Shown piece by piece: positions 16,559 to 25,739 of a stretch of 32,000 nucleotides of DNA. A program made the position numbers and the translations under genes. This DNA is from Halorarius halobius (GTDB taxonomy: Archaea; Halobacteriota; Halobacteria; Halobacteriales; Haloarculaceae). Under the pieces are notes generated by a model. It saw only the letters and a program-made list of their open reading frames with translations, was not told where the DNA came from and made no database searches. The stretch is taken from assembly GCF_024298865.1 (NCBI RefSeq), contig NZ_CP101161.1, positions 175,227 to 207,226 of the forward strand, in the 5' to 3' direction. Numbering within the stretch: position 1 is the stretch's first letter; each line of letters begins with the position of its first letter.

Positions 16559-17392
16559 TCAGGCGGGCCGCCACCGGACCAGCGTGTGGGGGTGGAGCGG
16601 GTTCGCACCCACGGCGTCGTACTCGACGCTCGTCACCTCGATTGCGTCCCGTGCTTCGAGCGCCGCCAGCAGTTCGCCGCCGTAGCCGCGGATGCGGGCG
16701 TAGTGGCGACGGAGCAGTCCGAGCGTCGTCTCCGGGTGGGCGTCGACCGGTTCGAGGTGGACGCCGCCGACCACGTCGCCCGCCGCGGCCAGCGCCGCGA
16801 ACCGGTCGACCACCTCGTCGACGTCCGGGAGCGTCGTCACGGCACCCCGGGTGAACACCAGCGCGTCGTCCACGCCGTCGAGGAGCGTCCAGTCGCCGTG
16901 GAAGTCGAACTCGTGGACGGTGACCCGTTCCTCGTCCGCGTGGAGCGCCCGGGCGAGGTCGACGCCGCTGGTGGCGTACTCGCCACCGACCACCGCCGCG
17001 TCGGGGAACGCCGCCGCGAGGGAGCCCAGCGCCGCGCCGTAGCCACAGCCGAGGTCGACGACCGTGTCGGGGTCGGCCGACACGCCCGCGAGCGCCGCAC
17101 GGAGCGCGTACCGGTCGAGCGCGAGCAACTCGTCGGGGCTGGCGAGAAACAGCCGTTCCCGGACCGACACCGCGCCGGGGTCGTCACGGCCGGCCGCGTA
17201 CACCCGGCGAATCGTCGTCTCCGGGTCGGCTCCGCGTTCGCGGTGTTCCGCGAGGATGCCGCCGTACATCGCCTCGTACGTCTCGACATCGGTGTACGCC
17301 TCGGGGTCCTCGGGCGGGTCGCCGACAGGGTCGAGGAGGTGCCGCGCCCACTCGGAGTGATCCGGCAGGGTATCGAGTGTGAGCGGAATCAC
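16559..17392 (-). CDS. Class I SAM-dependent methyltransferase
   Basis: TVVDLGCGYGAALGSLAAAFPDAAVVGGEYATSGVDLARAL (motif I); DDALVFTRGAVTTLPDVDEVVDRF. GTG start assumed at 17392. Confidence 0.75.
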   Translation of the reverse strand: MIPLTLDTLPDHSEWARHLLDPVGDPPEDPEAYTDVETYEAMYGGILAEHRERGADPETTIRRVYAAGRDDPGAVSVRERLFLASPDELLALDRYALRAALAGVSADPDTVVDLGCGYGAALGSLAAAFPDAAVVGGEYATSGVDLARALHADEERVTVHEFDFHGDWTLLDGVDDALVFTRGAVTTLPDVDEVVDRFAALAAAGDVVGGVHLEPVDAHPETTLGLLRRHYARIRGYGGELLAALEARDAIEVTSVEYDAVGANPLHPHTLVRWRPA

Positions 17393-17586
17393 GTCTCGCC
17401 ACCCCCTCGCTCGTCCGGTTCCTGCCCGAAGAGGACGTTCCTGTGCCGATGCCGCACCGTGGACAGTTGCATGGCTACCACCGGTGCGTCCGGAGAATCA
17501 CATCCACGCTTCGACGACGGTCGCGCATAACCGTTTCGGTGTCGACGAGTCCGGGCGCTTTTCCCCCTCCCCCCGGAACGCCGGGT

Positions 17587-17850
17587 ATGGCCGACCATCC
17601 CCACGCCGAGGGCATCCAGTTGCTGTACGACGCCGACGCCGATCACCCGAGCGCGACGCTCGTCAACGCCGACGGCGGGCCGGAGCTGTGCGCGAACACC
17701 GGCCACACCGACGACGCCGTCGAGGCACAGCTCGAACTCATCGCCACCCACATGCGCTGGCTGGCCGACCGGACGGACGTTCCCGTCTCGCAGGTGGCGA
17801 CCGACGCCGTCCAGCTGGCCGAACACGCCAGCGGGTTCGAGGAACAGTAG
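17587..17850 (+). CDS. Uncharacterised 87-aa protein
   Basis: MADHPHAEGIQLLYDADADHPSATLVNADGGPELCANTGHTDDAVEAQLELIATHMRWLADRTDVPVSQVATDAVQLAEHASGFEEQ; TATA-like CGCTTTTCC about 27 nt upstream of the ATG at 17587 (track start 17443 is too early). Confidence 0.75.
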   Translation: MADHPHAEGIQLLYDADADHPSATLVNADGGPELCANTGHTDDAVEAQLELIATHMRWLADRTDVPVSQVATDAVQLAEHASGFEEQ

Positions 17851-17894
17851 CGAGTTCCGACAACGATAAGCGCGCGCCGGGGTGTTCTCGGAGT

Positions 17895-20315
17895 ATGCAG
17901 TATCACGAGGCGGCGAGCTGGCTGTTCGACCTCCGCCGCTACTCCCCGCGGACGGGCGTCGAGCACACCCGCCACCTCCTCGACGCGCTCGACTCCCCCG
18001 ACGAGGAGTTCCGCTGTGTCCAGATAGCGGGCTCGAACGGGAAGGGGTCGACCGCGCGGATGCTCGAGCGCGTCCTCCGGGAGGCCGGCCTCGACGTGGG
18101 GCTGTTCACCTCCCCGCATCTGGACGACGTGCGCGAGCGGGTCCGCGTCAACGGCCGGAAGATGCCCAAATCCGCCGTCTGCGAGTTCGTCGAGACGGTC
18201 GACGGGTACGTCACCGACCGCGCGGCCGCCGACGAGTCGCCGACGTTCTTCGAGACCGTGACGGGGATGGCGCTGTGGGAGTTCGCCCGTCAGGAGGTGG
18301 ACGTCGCCGTCCTCGAGGTGGGCATCGGCGGCCGCCACGACGCCACCTCCGCGGTCGACCCGGCGGCGGGCGCTATCACCTCCGTCACCATCGAACACGC
18401 GGACCTGCTGGGCGACACCGAGGCCGACATCGCCCGCGACATGGCCCACGTCGCCGCGGACCGCCCGCTCGTCACCGCCGCAACCGGGGAGGCGCTCGAC
18501 GCCATCGAATCGTCGGTCGATGACGTGTATCGCGTCGGCGAGGACGGCGACCTCCAGGTCGAGTACGGTGGCCGCGAGGGACTGGAGGGGGCGGTGTCGC
18601 TGTCGGCCGACGACTGGGCGGTCGAGACGCGGCTCCCACTGCTCGGTGCCCACCAGGCGCGCAACGCGGGCGTCGCGGCGGCGCTGGCCCGACAGGTCGC
18701 GGACGTCTCCGACGCCGACCTCGCGCGGGGTCTCCGGAACGCCCACTGGCCCGGCCGATTCGAGGTGTTCGACCGCGACCCGCTGGTCGTCCTCGACGGG
18801 GCGCACAACCCCGGGGGGTGTGCCGGCCTCGCGGACGCGCTCGCGGAGTTCGACTACGACGACCTCCATCTCGTCTTCGGCGCGATGGCCGACAAGGACC
18901 ACGCGGGGATGGCCGCGGCGCTCCCCGAGGCGGCGACCGTCTACACCTGCCGGCCGGACTTCGACCGCGCCGAACGGCCGGCGGTGCTCGCGGAGTCGTT
19001 CGAGGCACGTGCCGACGACGTTCGCGCGGCGGGCAACGTCGCGGACGCGCTCGCGGACGCGCTCGAGGCCGCCGGCCCGGACGACGCCGTCGTCGTCGCG
19101 GGGTCGCTGTTCGTCGTCGCGGAGGCGCGCCGGCGCTGGACTGCCGTCGACGTGCCGAAACGCGTCCCGGGTCTCGACACCGCCGAGGCCGTCCTCGAGG
19201 ACGCCGACGTGACCGACGCGGGCGTCTGGCGGATGCGCGGCAAGGGCGTCCACCGCGTCCTCCGGACCCGCGTCCAGCCCCGGCAGGCCCGCTATCTCAA
19301 ACAGGAGATGCTCGCGGAGGGCGGCGAGTGTGCCACCTCCGGGCTCTCCGACCAGGACCGGGAACTCGTCGATATCGTGCTGATGGGCACCCTCGCCCAG
19401 TTCAAGCGGCTGACCGAGACACTGGCGGGCCAGCCGTACGGCCTGGAGCCGCTGGGCGAGCGCCTGCGCGAGACGCTTGACATCCGGACCGACCCCGAGA
19501 CCCACGGCTACCCATGGGAGGAGGGCACCGCGGTCATGGGCATCCTCAACGTCACGCCCGACTCGTTTCACGACGGTGGCGAGTACGACGCCGTCGAGGA
19601 CGCCGTCGCCCGCGCCGAGCGGATGGTCGCGGACGGCGCCGACATCGTCGACGTGGGCGGCGAGTCGACCCGGCCCGGCGCCGACCCGGTGCCCGTCGAA
19701 GCGGAGACGGAGCGCGTGGTGCCGGTCGTCGAGCGCCTGCGCGACCTCGACGCGCTCGTCTCCGTCGACACCCGGAAGGCGGAGGTGGCCCGCGCCGCGC
19801 TCGAAGCCGGTGCGGACGTCCTCAACGACGTGTCGGGGCTGGAGGACCCCGAGATGCGGCTGGTCGCCGCCGAGCACGACGTGCCCGTCGTCGTGATGCA
19901 CTCCATCGAGACGCCGGTCGACCCCGCCACGGCCGTCGAGTACGACGACGTGGTCGAGGACACCATCGACGCGCTGGTCGAGCGCGTCCTCCTCGCGGAG
20001 AAGGCGGGGCTGGACCGCTCGCAGATACTCGTCGACCCCGGCATCGGCTTCGGGAAGACCAAGCGCGAGAACTTCGAACTGCTGGGCCGCATCGACGAGT
20101 TCCACGCGCTCGGCTGTCCCGTCCTGGTGGGCCACTCCCACAAGTCGCTGTTCGACCTCCTGGGGTACGACGCCGACGACCGCCTCCACGCGACGGTCGG
20201 GGCCAGCGCCGTCGCCGCCGACCGCGGGGCGGACGTCCTCCGCGTCCACGACGTCGCGGAGAACGTCGCCGCCGTCCGGGTGGCGGAGGCGGCCGACGAC
20301 CCCGACGGCGCCTGA
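17895..20315 (+). CDS. folCP: Folylpolyglutamate/dihydrofolate synthase (FolC) fused to dihydropteroate synthase (FolP)
   Basis: FolC: VQIAGSNGKGSTARML, FTSPHLDDVRER, VAVLEVGIGGRHDATSAVDP, VVLDGAHNPGG. FolP: VMGILNVTPDSFHDGGEY, ADIVDVGGESTRPGADPVP, LVSVDTRKAEVAR, LNDVSGLEDPEM, ILVDPGIGFGKTKREN. Start trimmed to ATG at 17895. Confidence 0.95.
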   Translation: MQYHEAASWLFDLRRYSPRTGVEHTRHLLDALDSPDEEFRCVQIAGSNGKGSTARMLERVLREAGLDVGLFTSPHLDDVRERVRVNGRKMPKSAVCEFVETVDGYVTDRAAADESPTFFETVTGMALWEFARQEVDVAVLEVGIGGRHDATSAVDPAAGAITSVTIEHADLLGDTEADIARDMAHVAADRPLVTAATGEALDAIESSVDDVYRVGEDGDLQVEYGGREGLEGAVSLSADDWAVETRLPLLGAHQARNAGVAAALARQVADVSDADLARGLRNAHWPGRFEVFDRDPLVVLDGAHNPGGCAGLADALAEFDYDDLHLVFGAMADKDHAGMAAALPEAATVYTCRPDFDRAERPAVLAESFEARADDVRAAGNVADALADALEAAGPDDAVVVAGSLFVVAEARRRWTAVDVPKRVPGLDTAEAVLEDADVTDAGVWRMRGKGVHRVLRTRVQPRQARYLKQEMLAEGGECATSGLSDQDRELVDIVLMGTLAQFKRLTETLAGQPYGLEPLGERLRETLDIRTDPETHGYPWEEGTAVMGILNVTPDSFHDGGEYDAVEDAVARAERMVADGADIVDVGGESTRPGADPVPVEAETERVVPVVERLRDLDALVSVDTRKAEVARAALEAGADVLNDVSGLEDPEMRLVAAEHDVPVVVMHSIETPVDPATAVEYDDVVEDTIDALVERVLLAEKAGLDRSQILVDPGIGFGKTKRENFELLGRIDEFHALGCPVLVGHSHKSLFDLLGYDADDRLHATVGASAVAADRGADVLRVHDVAENVAAVRVAEAADDPDGA

Positions 20316-20401
20316 CGTCGGTCCGGCATCGCGGACGCCCCTTGTCACCGGCTGTCGGGGCCACACAAGAGCTTTTCACGGCCCCCGCGTCGGTGCCGAC
20401 G

Positions 20402-21016
20402 ATGGACGAGAAGCGCACGGTCCGCGACGGTTACGACGCCATCGCGGACGACTACGCCGCCCAGCGGACGCTCGACGGCCGCGGCACCGACCTCGTACGC
20501 GCGTTCGCCGCCGACTTGCCCGAGGGTCGGGTGCTCGATGCCGGCTGTGGCGGGGGCGTCCCCGCGAGCGCCGTCCTCGCGGAGCGCCACGACGTCGTCG
20601 GTATGGACCTCTCGGCCGAGCAGTTGGGCCACCTGCGCGAGAACGTCCCCGCGGCCGCGCCGGTGGCGGGCGATTTGACCGACCTCCCCTTCTCGGCGGG
20701 CGCGTTCGACGGGCTGGCGTCGCTGTTCGCGGTCATCCACGTCCCCCGCGAGCGACACGGCGACGTGTTCGCGGAGTTCAACCGCGTCCTCCGGCCGGGT
20801 GGGGAGGCGCTGGTGGTCGTCGGGAGCGACGCCTGGGAGGGGCGCAACCCCGACTGGCTCGACACCGGCACCGAGATGTTCTGGTCGTTCTACGGCCCGG
20901 AGCGGAACCGCGACCTCCTCCGGGACGCCGGGTTCACCGTCGAGCGCGAGGAACTCGTCAACGACGAACTCGGCGGCGACTTCCTGTTCGTCCGGGTGAC
21001 GGCCGAGGGCGAGTAG
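20402..21016 (+). CDS. Class I SAM-dependent methyltransferase
   Basis: MDEKRTVRDGYDAIADDYAAQR...GRVLDAGCGGGVPASAVL...VVGMDLSAEQL...FDGLASLFAVIHVPRERH...FNRVLRPGGEALVVVG; TATA-like GCTTTTCACG about 27 nt upstream. Confidence 0.88.
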   Translation: MDEKRTVRDGYDAIADDYAAQRTLDGRGTDLVRAFAADLPEGRVLDAGCGGGVPASAVLAERHDVVGMDLSAEQLGHLRENVPAAAPVAGDLTDLPFSAGAFDGLASLFAVIHVPRERHGDVFAEFNRVLRPGGEALVVVGSDAWEGRNPDWLDTGTEMFWSFYGPERNRDLLRDAGFTVEREELVNDELGGDFLFVRVTAEGE

Positions 21017-21065
21017 TCGCCCGACCGGTAGAAGACATTTACCGTCGGCCGCCCGACGCCCGATC

Positions 21066-21665
21066 ATGCGACGCTCGGTCCCCGCCCTCCTCGCAGTGGC
21101 GACCCTCCTGCTCGCCGGCTGTACCGTCGGCCCCGGCGTCTCGTCGCCCGACCAGTCCCCGACGCCCTCCCCCACTCCGACACCCGAAGGGACGCCCGTC
21201 GAATACGACCTCCGAACGGGCACGCTCCCGGACGGCGTCGAGTCGGTGACGGTGACCCTGCGGGTGGTGTTCGTGGAGCACCCCGACGACCTCGGCCCCT
21301 GCTACCCGGAGGCGTTCACCGGGCCGTACCAGCCCTCGCTGACGCCGCTCCCGACGCCGCGCGGGGAGTGTCACCGCACAGAGTCCACGACCGTCGAGCT
21401 ATCGGCCGACGGCGCCCGGACGCTCGGCCCGTTCACCGCGCCCGCGTCGACCGACGGCCACGCCGTCGTCGTCACCGACGCCACGGCGACCCGCGCGGAC
21501 GGGTCGACCGTCTCCGACATCTACGGCGCGGGCGGACACGAGGCGCTCGCCGAACCGGAGACCCCGGCCGGCACGTACGGCGTCGCGGTCGGGCTCGACC
21601 CGGCCGACGACGAGGCGGACTACGAGTTCTTCTTCGTCTCCGAGCGAACCGCGGAAGCGGGCTGA
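21066..21665 (+). CDS. Secreted lipoprotein of unknown function
   Basis: Signal peptide with lipobox MRRSVPALLAVATLLLAGC, then S/P/T-rich linker SPDQSPTPSPTPTPEGTP; TATA-like CATTTACC about 27 nt upstream. Confidence 0.8.
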   Translation: MRRSVPALLAVATLLLAGCTVGPGVSSPDQSPTPSPTPTPEGTPVEYDLRTGTLPDGVESVTVTLRVVFVEHPDDLGPCYPEAFTGPYQPSLTPLPTPRGECHRTESTTVELSADGARTLGPFTAPASTDGHAVVVTDATATRADGSTVSDIYGAGGHEALAEPETPAGTYGVAVGLDPADDEADYEFFFVSERTAEAG

Positions 21666-21666
21666 G

Positions 21667-22719
21667 CTACCCGCCCGCGCCGAGCGACCGGTAGCAGTCG
21701 AGCAGGTCGCCGAGCACCTGCTCGCGGCCGTACTCCGTCATCGTCTCGTCGACGCTTCGGCGGCCGAGTTCCCCCGCCTCGACGATGGCGTCGGCTATCT
21801 CCTCGGGCGTCGTCACCCGGAACCCCCGCTCGCGGCGCTCGACGAGTTCGTGAGCCGCCGACTCCGCCTGATACTCGACGATGCCGACACAGCCGCAGGC
21901 GAGCCCCCACAGCAGTTCGCTGGCGAACTGCTCGCGAAGCGCCGTGTGGACGAACACGTGGGCGCCCCGGTACAGCGCAATCCGCCGTTCGCGGTCGAGC
22001 GAGCCGTGGAACTCGACCCGGTCGTCGATGCGGAGGTCGGCGGCCTGCTGTTCGTATGCCTCGCGTTCGGGGCCGTCGCCGACGACGGCGGCCGTCCAGT
22101 CCCGGTCGCGAAGCTCCGCGAGCGCCAACAGCAGGGACTCGAGGTTGCAGTCGTCGTCGAGGCGGCGCGCGAACACCACCTCCGGCGGGTCCGCGACGGG
22201 GTCGGTCGCACGGACGACATCGAAGTCGACGAACTCCGGAAGCACCTGGGTCGCGTCCTCGGGGACGCCTTGCTCCCACACCCGCGACTCGACGAACTCG
22301 GAGGGGCACAGCACCCGGTCGGGGACGCGGGCGGCGGCGTCGCGGGTCCGCGAGTCGTCGAGCGGCTCGTCGCCGTACCAGTCGACCACGAGCGGGGCAC
22401 GGGCAAGCGACGCGCCGAGTCGCGCGGACAACACCCCGCCCGGCGGTGCGGGCGTCGCGTGGACGGCGTCGGGGCGGAAGCGGGCGACGAGCGCGCCGAC
22501 GCGAGCGACGAAGGAGGTGCGGGCGGGCGCGACGGTGACGGCGTGGTAGGTGACGCCGTCCTCCGCGCGGACGGTGTCGTAGCCGTCCCACCACTGGGTG
22601 CAGAACACGCGCACCTCGTGGCCGCGGGCCGCGAGCGCCTCCGCGAGCGCCACCGTCCGGGCGACGCCCTGCCGGTCCGACAGCTGTGTCGTCTCGCTGG
22701 CGACGACGGCGACGCGCAT
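21667..22719 (-). CDS. Glycosyltransferase, GT4-like
   Basis: MRVAVVASETTQLSDRQGVARTVALAEALAARGHEVRVFC...; VLCPSEFVESRV...; VVGDGPEREAYEQQAADLRIDDRVEFHGSLDRERRIALYRGAHVFVHTALREQFASELLWGLACGCVGIVEY. Start trimmed to the ATG at 22719; the track ORF 21667-24783 reads through into antisense of the next gene. Confidence 0.87.
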   Translation of the reverse strand: MRVAVVASETTQLSDRQGVARTVALAEALAARGHEVRVFCTQWWDGYDTVRAEDGVTYHAVTVAPARTSFVARVGALVARFRPDAVHATPAPPGGVLSARLGASLARAPLVVDWYGDEPLDDSRTRDAAARVPDRVLCPSEFVESRVWEQGVPEDATQVLPEFVDFDVVRATDPVADPPEVVFARRLDDDCNLESLLLALAELRDRDWTAAVVGDGPEREAYEQQAADLRIDDRVEFHGSLDRERRIALYRGAHVFVHTALREQFASELLWGLACGCVGIVEYQAESAAHELVERRERGFRVTTPEEIADAIVEAGELGRRSVDETMTEYGREQVLGDLLDCYRSLGAGG

Positions 22720-22791
22720 ACAGGCACGGCGCAGGGGGGCCTCAAAAACCCGACGGGGAACGGTTAACGTCTCCCCGACCCTGGTGCCGGC

Positions 22792-24567
22792 ATGGCCGAC
22801 ATCGAGCGGTATCTCAACGTCCGGAGCGCCCACTCGGCGTCGCTCTCGCCGTCGGGGACGCTCGCCTTCCTCATGGACACGACCGGGACGCCGCAGGTGT
22901 GGACGCTCGACGCGCCGGGCGCGTGGCCCGAACAGCGCACCTTCTTCGACGAGCGGGTGACGTTCTGCTCGTACGCGCCCGAGCGGGAGGAACTCGCGTT
23001 CGGCACCGACGAGGGCGGCAACGAGCGCATCCAGCTGTTCCGCCTCGACGCCGACGGGACGGTGACGAACTGGACCCAGCGGCCCGGCGCGAAACACCGG
23101 TGGGGCGGCTGGGACTCGACGGGCGACCGGTTCGCGTTCGCCGCGAACCGCCGCGACGAGTCGGCGTTCGACGTGTACGTGCAGGGCCGCGAGGAGACGG
23201 GCGAGGACGCCACCCGCATCCACGAGACCGACGGCTGGTACTCCGTCGCCGGATGGTCGCCCGACGACTCGACGCTCGCGCTCCACCGGGCTCACTCCAG
23301 TTTCGACCACGACGTGTACGCGCTGGACGTGGAGACGGGCGAGCGGACCCACCTCACGCCCCACGACGGCACCGTCCGCTACCAGAGCCTCTCGTGGGGG
23401 CCCGACGGCGACCTGTATCTGGTCACCGACGAGGGCCGCGATTTGCTGTATCTCGCGCGGCTCTCGCTCGACGGGAGCCTCGAGACCGTCCGCGAGGACC
23501 CCGACTGGAACATCGACGGCGTCGCCGTCGACGAGGAGTCGGGGCGACTCGTCTACTCGCGCAACGTCGACGGCTACACCGAGTTGACGGCCGCCGCTCT
23601 CGACGGTGGCCTCGACGAGTTCCCGACGCCCGCGCTCCCGGAGGGCGTGGCGGGCGGCGTCTCCTTCGGCCCCGACGGCGAGCGGTTCGCCGTCACCGCG
23701 ACGGGCGACACGCACAACGCGAACGTCCACGTCGTCGACGTATCGAGCGGGGAAGACACCCGCTGGACCCACGCCGCCACCGCGGGCATCCCCCGCGAGT
23801 CGTTCGTCGACAGCGACCTCGTGCGCTACGGCACGTTCGACGGCCGCGAGATACCCGCGTTCCTCACGCTCCCCGAGGACGCCGACGGCGAGGTCCCCGT
23901 CGTCGTCGACGTCCACGGCGGCCCAGAGAGCCAGCGCCGGCCCTCGTTCTCGGCGCTGAAGCAGTACTTCGTCGCCAGCGGCTACGCGTTCTTCGAACCG
24001 AACGTCCGCGGGTCGACCGGCTACGGCAAGGCGTACACCCACCTCGACGACGTCGAGAAGCGGATGGACGCCGTCGAGGACGTCCGCTACGGCGTCGAGT
24101 GGCTCCACGACCACCCCGCCGTCGACCCCGACCGCATCGCCGTGATGGGTGGCTCCTACGGCGGGTTCGTCTGTCTCGCCTGCCTCACCGAGTACCCGAC
24201 ACTGTGGGCCGCTGGCGTCGACGTCGTCGGCATCGCCTCGTTCGTCACGTTCCTCGAGAACACGGGGTCGTGGCGCCGCTCCCTTCGGGAAGCGGAGTAC
24301 GGCTCCCTCGAGGAGGACCGGGAGTTCCTCGAGTCCATCTCGCCGCTGAACCGCGCCCACCGCATCCGCGCGCCCCTGTTCGTCCTCCACGGCGCCAACG
24401 ACCCCCGCGTCCCCGTCGGCGAGGCCGAGCAGATTGCCGAGGAAGCGAGCGAGCACGTCCCCGTCGAGAAACTCGTCTTCGAGGACGAGGGCCACGGCAT
24501 CTCGAAGCTGGAGAACCGAATCGAGGCGTACACGCGCATCGTCGAGTTCCTCGACGAGCACGTCTGA
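22792..24567 (+). CDS. S9 family peptidase (prolyl oligopeptidase / acylaminoacyl-peptidase-like)
   Basis: N-terminal propeller-like repeats; catalytic region VVVDVHGGPESQRRPSF...YAFFEPNVRGSTGYGKAY...DRIAVMGGSYGGFVCL...FVLHGANDPRVPVGEAEQ...FEDEGHGI. Confidence 0.93.
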   Translation: MADIERYLNVRSAHSASLSPSGTLAFLMDTTGTPQVWTLDAPGAWPEQRTFFDERVTFCSYAPEREELAFGTDEGGNERIQLFRLDADGTVTNWTQRPGAKHRWGGWDSTGDRFAFAANRRDESAFDVYVQGREETGEDATRIHETDGWYSVAGWSPDDSTLALHRAHSSFDHDVYALDVETGERTHLTPHDGTVRYQSLSWGPDGDLYLVTDEGRDLLYLARLSLDGSLETVREDPDWNIDGVAVDEESGRLVYSRNVDGYTELTAAALDGGLDEFPTPALPEGVAGGVSFGPDGERFAVTATGDTHNANVHVVDVSSGEDTRWTHAATAGIPRESFVDSDLVRYGTFDGREIPAFLTLPEDADGEVPVVVDVHGGPESQRRPSFSALKQYFVASGYAFFEPNVRGSTGYGKAYTHLDDVEKRMDAVEDVRYGVEWLHDHPAVDPDRIAVMGGSYGGFVCLACLTEYPTLWAAGVDVVGIASFVTFLENTGSWRRSLREAEYGSLEEDREFLESISPLNRAHRIRAPLFVLHGANDPRVPVGEAEQIAEEASEHVPVEKLVFEDEGHGISKLENRIEAYTRIVEFLDEHV

Positions 24568-24625
24568 AGGCCGAAGCACGTCTGAGGCCTGAAGGTTGAC
24601 AACGGCGCCCGTCGTACGTACGGGC

Positions 24626-25624
24626 GTGTCCCTGCTCCCGTACGTCGCCGTCGTGCTCCCCGCACCGCTGGCGTTCCTCGGCGCGCGAGCCGGCCGTGGT
24701 CGGGTGTCGCCGCTCGCGGCCGTCCTGGCCGCCGGTGTCGGGACCGCACTGACCGCGGCGCTGGCCGGGACCGTCGGCGCCATCGCGGTCGCGCTCCCCG
24801 CCGAGGGGGAGGTCGCGACGACGCTGGCGACGCTTTCCGTCTACGCGATGCCGGTGCCCGCGGCGGTGCTGGCGGCCGGCACGGCGAGCGGGCTCCCGCT
24901 CCGGCGAGTGGCCCGCGGCTACGCGCTGGTCGTCGGGCCGGCGCTGGCCGCGCTGTCGGCGGCCCCGCTCGCGCCCGACGGCTGGTGGCTCGTCGCCGGC
25001 GTCGCCGCGGTCGGCGCGCTGTTGGCGGCCGGCACGCCCCTGCTGGTAGGGCGACTCGTGCCCGCTCGCCGGCCGACGCCCGCCGAACGCGCCCGCATCG
25101 GCGAGGTCGACGTGCCGGTCCGGGTGCTGTCCAGCGGTCGGCCCAACGCGCTCGCGGCCGGGCTGGTGCCCGGTCTGCGGGCCGTGTTCGTCACCGAGGG
25201 CCTGCTCGCGCGGCTCCCGCCCGCCGAGTTGCGCGCCGTCGTCGCCCACGAGGTGGGCCACCACCGGCACAACCACGTCGCCGTCCGACTCGGCGCGGTC
25301 GCCGTCTTCGTCCTGCCGTGGCTCGCGGCTACCGCCGAGGGCGTCCCCGGCGCGTTCCTCGCGGGCTGTCTGCTCGCCGTCCCGTACTCGCTCGCCGTCT
25401 TCCGGCTGATGCGCTACACGGAACTCGCGGCCGACCGGTACGCCGCCGAGCGTACCGACCCCGCGGCACTCGCGCGTGGACTTCGCCGGCTGACCGGGCC
25501 GGGACCGAGCGGCCGCCTCCGCCGGCTGTTCTCGCCGCACCCGCCGCTGGCCGACCGCCGTGCACGCCTCGCCGACCTGCCGGAGACGGTCACGTCGGCG
25601 GTCCGAAACTCCAGCCGAAACTGA
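24626..25624 (+). CDS. M48 family membrane metalloprotease (HtpX/Ste24-like)
   Basis: Multiple hydrophobic segments, LRAVVAHEVGHHRHNHV (HEXXH), YTELAADRYAAE downstream Glu motif. The track uses TTG at 24596; GTG at 24626 is an equally plausible start. Confidence 0.85.
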   Translation: MSLLPYVAVVLPAPLAFLGARAGRGRVSPLAAVLAAGVGTALTAALAGTVGAIAVALPAEGEVATTLATLSVYAMPVPAAVLAAGTASGLPLRRVARGYALVVGPALAALSAAPLAPDGWWLVAGVAAVGALLAAGTPLLVGRLVPARRPTPAERARIGEVDVPVRVLSSGRPNALAAGLVPGLRAVFVTEGLLARLPPAELRAVVAHEVGHHRHNHVAVRLGAVAVFVLPWLAATAEGVPGAFLAGCLLAVPYSLAVFRLMRYTELAADRYAAERTDPAALARGLRRLTGPGPSGRLRRLFSPHPPLADRRARLADLPETVTSAVRNSSRN

Positions 25625-25635
25625 GGTGTCATCCC

Positions 25636-25649
25636 GACATATAAACGCC
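25636..25649 (+). promoter_or_regulatory. Strong TATA-like box upstream of the Nudix gene, in addition to its own proximal box
   Basis: GACATATAAACGCC, about 25 nt before ATG at 25667 (9-codon ORF MAILGPRAA*). Confidence 0.4.
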
Positions 25650-25739
25650 GCGTGACACACCGCAGTATGGCGATTCTCGGTCCGAGAGCGGCGTGAACGA
25701 TGTGGTACGTTTATCCCACGGCCACTTCTGGAGATAGAC

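Noticed and set aside
17643-20366. 907-aa minus-strand ORF antisense to folCP
   Set aside because: Low-complexity R/V/D/G-rich translation with no recognisable motifs, exactly opposite a strong two-domain gene; typical spurious ORF in high-GC codon-biased DNA.
22719-24783. Upstream half of the 1038-aa minus-strand ORF (21667-24783)
   Set aside because: Only the last 350 codons match a glycosyltransferase; the rest is antisense to the S9 peptidase and has an artefactual composition, so it is not a fusion protein.
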